Origin: Hypanus sabinus
Taxonomy: Eukaryota
Length of the DNA: 64,000 nt
Assembly (NCBI RefSeq): GCF_030144855.1
Contig: NW_026780602.1
Coordinates: 372,001 to 436,000, forward strand
Direction of reading: 5' to 3'
A program made the translations under genes and the position numbers. Every line of letters begins with the position of its first letter. Positions within the stretch are counted from its first letter, which is position 1. Shown in pieces: positions 63,601 to 64,000 of the stretch. The notes under the pieces are model-generated. The model searched no databases. It had not been told where the DNA came from and saw only the letters and a list, made by a program, of their open reading frames with translations.

Positions 63601-64000
63601 CGGAGTAACTAGCGGCGTCACGGGGAATGACAAGCTTCATGAAGATTTTGTACATTTTCTTGCACACGCAGTCTGGACTGAGTCTGTCACTTTGACGTTT
63701 ATACAGCCTGACGGTGTTGGCACGTTACGTTGTCAGATTTTAATGATACCCGTCTCAGAGTCGGTGTATAATTAAGTAACACATCCTTAGCCTTCAAATA
63801 GAACACGACCAGAGGTGTTGCTGTTTATATTGGATGACTTTGATGAATTCAATGATAAAATTGATTTCGCTGACAGCCGGAGAGACAGAGAACCCCAATA
63901 CACATGCACAGATCCCTGAATTCCGCTGCAAGGTGTCTGACATTGTGTACAGTTTAATCCAGGTCAAGCTGCTCCCAGGGTGTTCAGTGCTGGTGACCAC
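63601..64000. repeat. Further copy of the array's post-junction segment (= 42544-, 46408-, 50275-), runs off the window
   Basis: CGGAGTAACTAGCGGCGTCACGGGGAATGACAAGC... continues collinear to the window end but is preceded by unrelated, non-GPCR sequence. Confidence 0.95.

Overview
Eukaryotic, repeat-dense vertebrate DNA. The repeat families and expanded GPR139-like and NLR-LRR genes point to a cartilaginous fish, probably a ray (inference). Left to right: (1) 1-17 kb holds a diverged ~6.6-kb tandem duplication, each copy with a convergent tRNA-Glu(CTC)/tRNA-Ser(TGA) pair, plus a tRNA-Val(CAC), LINE debris and a fragmented chromodomain-bearing Gypsy element. Part of that element has become a 110-bp minisatellite. 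(2) 18.3-25.7 kb is a decayed class I (epsilon-like) endogenous retrovirus with LTRs, a tRNA-Ser(GCT) PBS, gag/pol/env remnants, a 2H-phosphoesterase domain between PR and RT, and a nested CR1. (3) 28.7-30.3 kb is an intact two-exon GPR139/142-like class A GPCR with a TATA box and CRE-rich promoter. (4) 30.8-33.5 kb is a Penelope-like element with an inverted pseudo-LTR, each arm carrying a minimal hammerhead ribozyme motif. (5) RTE and L1 fragments flank a 293-N gap. (6) 40.9-56.1 kb is a ~3.87-kb tandem array in which each unit joins a 5'-truncated but open GPCR frame (TM3-TM7), opposite-strand 171-bp NLR-type LRR exons and an R4/Dong fragment. The array ends in a full two-exon GPCR paralogue with a TM7 frameshift. 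The junction sequence reappears at 63601, implying a ~13-kb ancestral unit shortened by a ~9-kb deletion. All family assignments are by eye and from motif memory; no searches were run.
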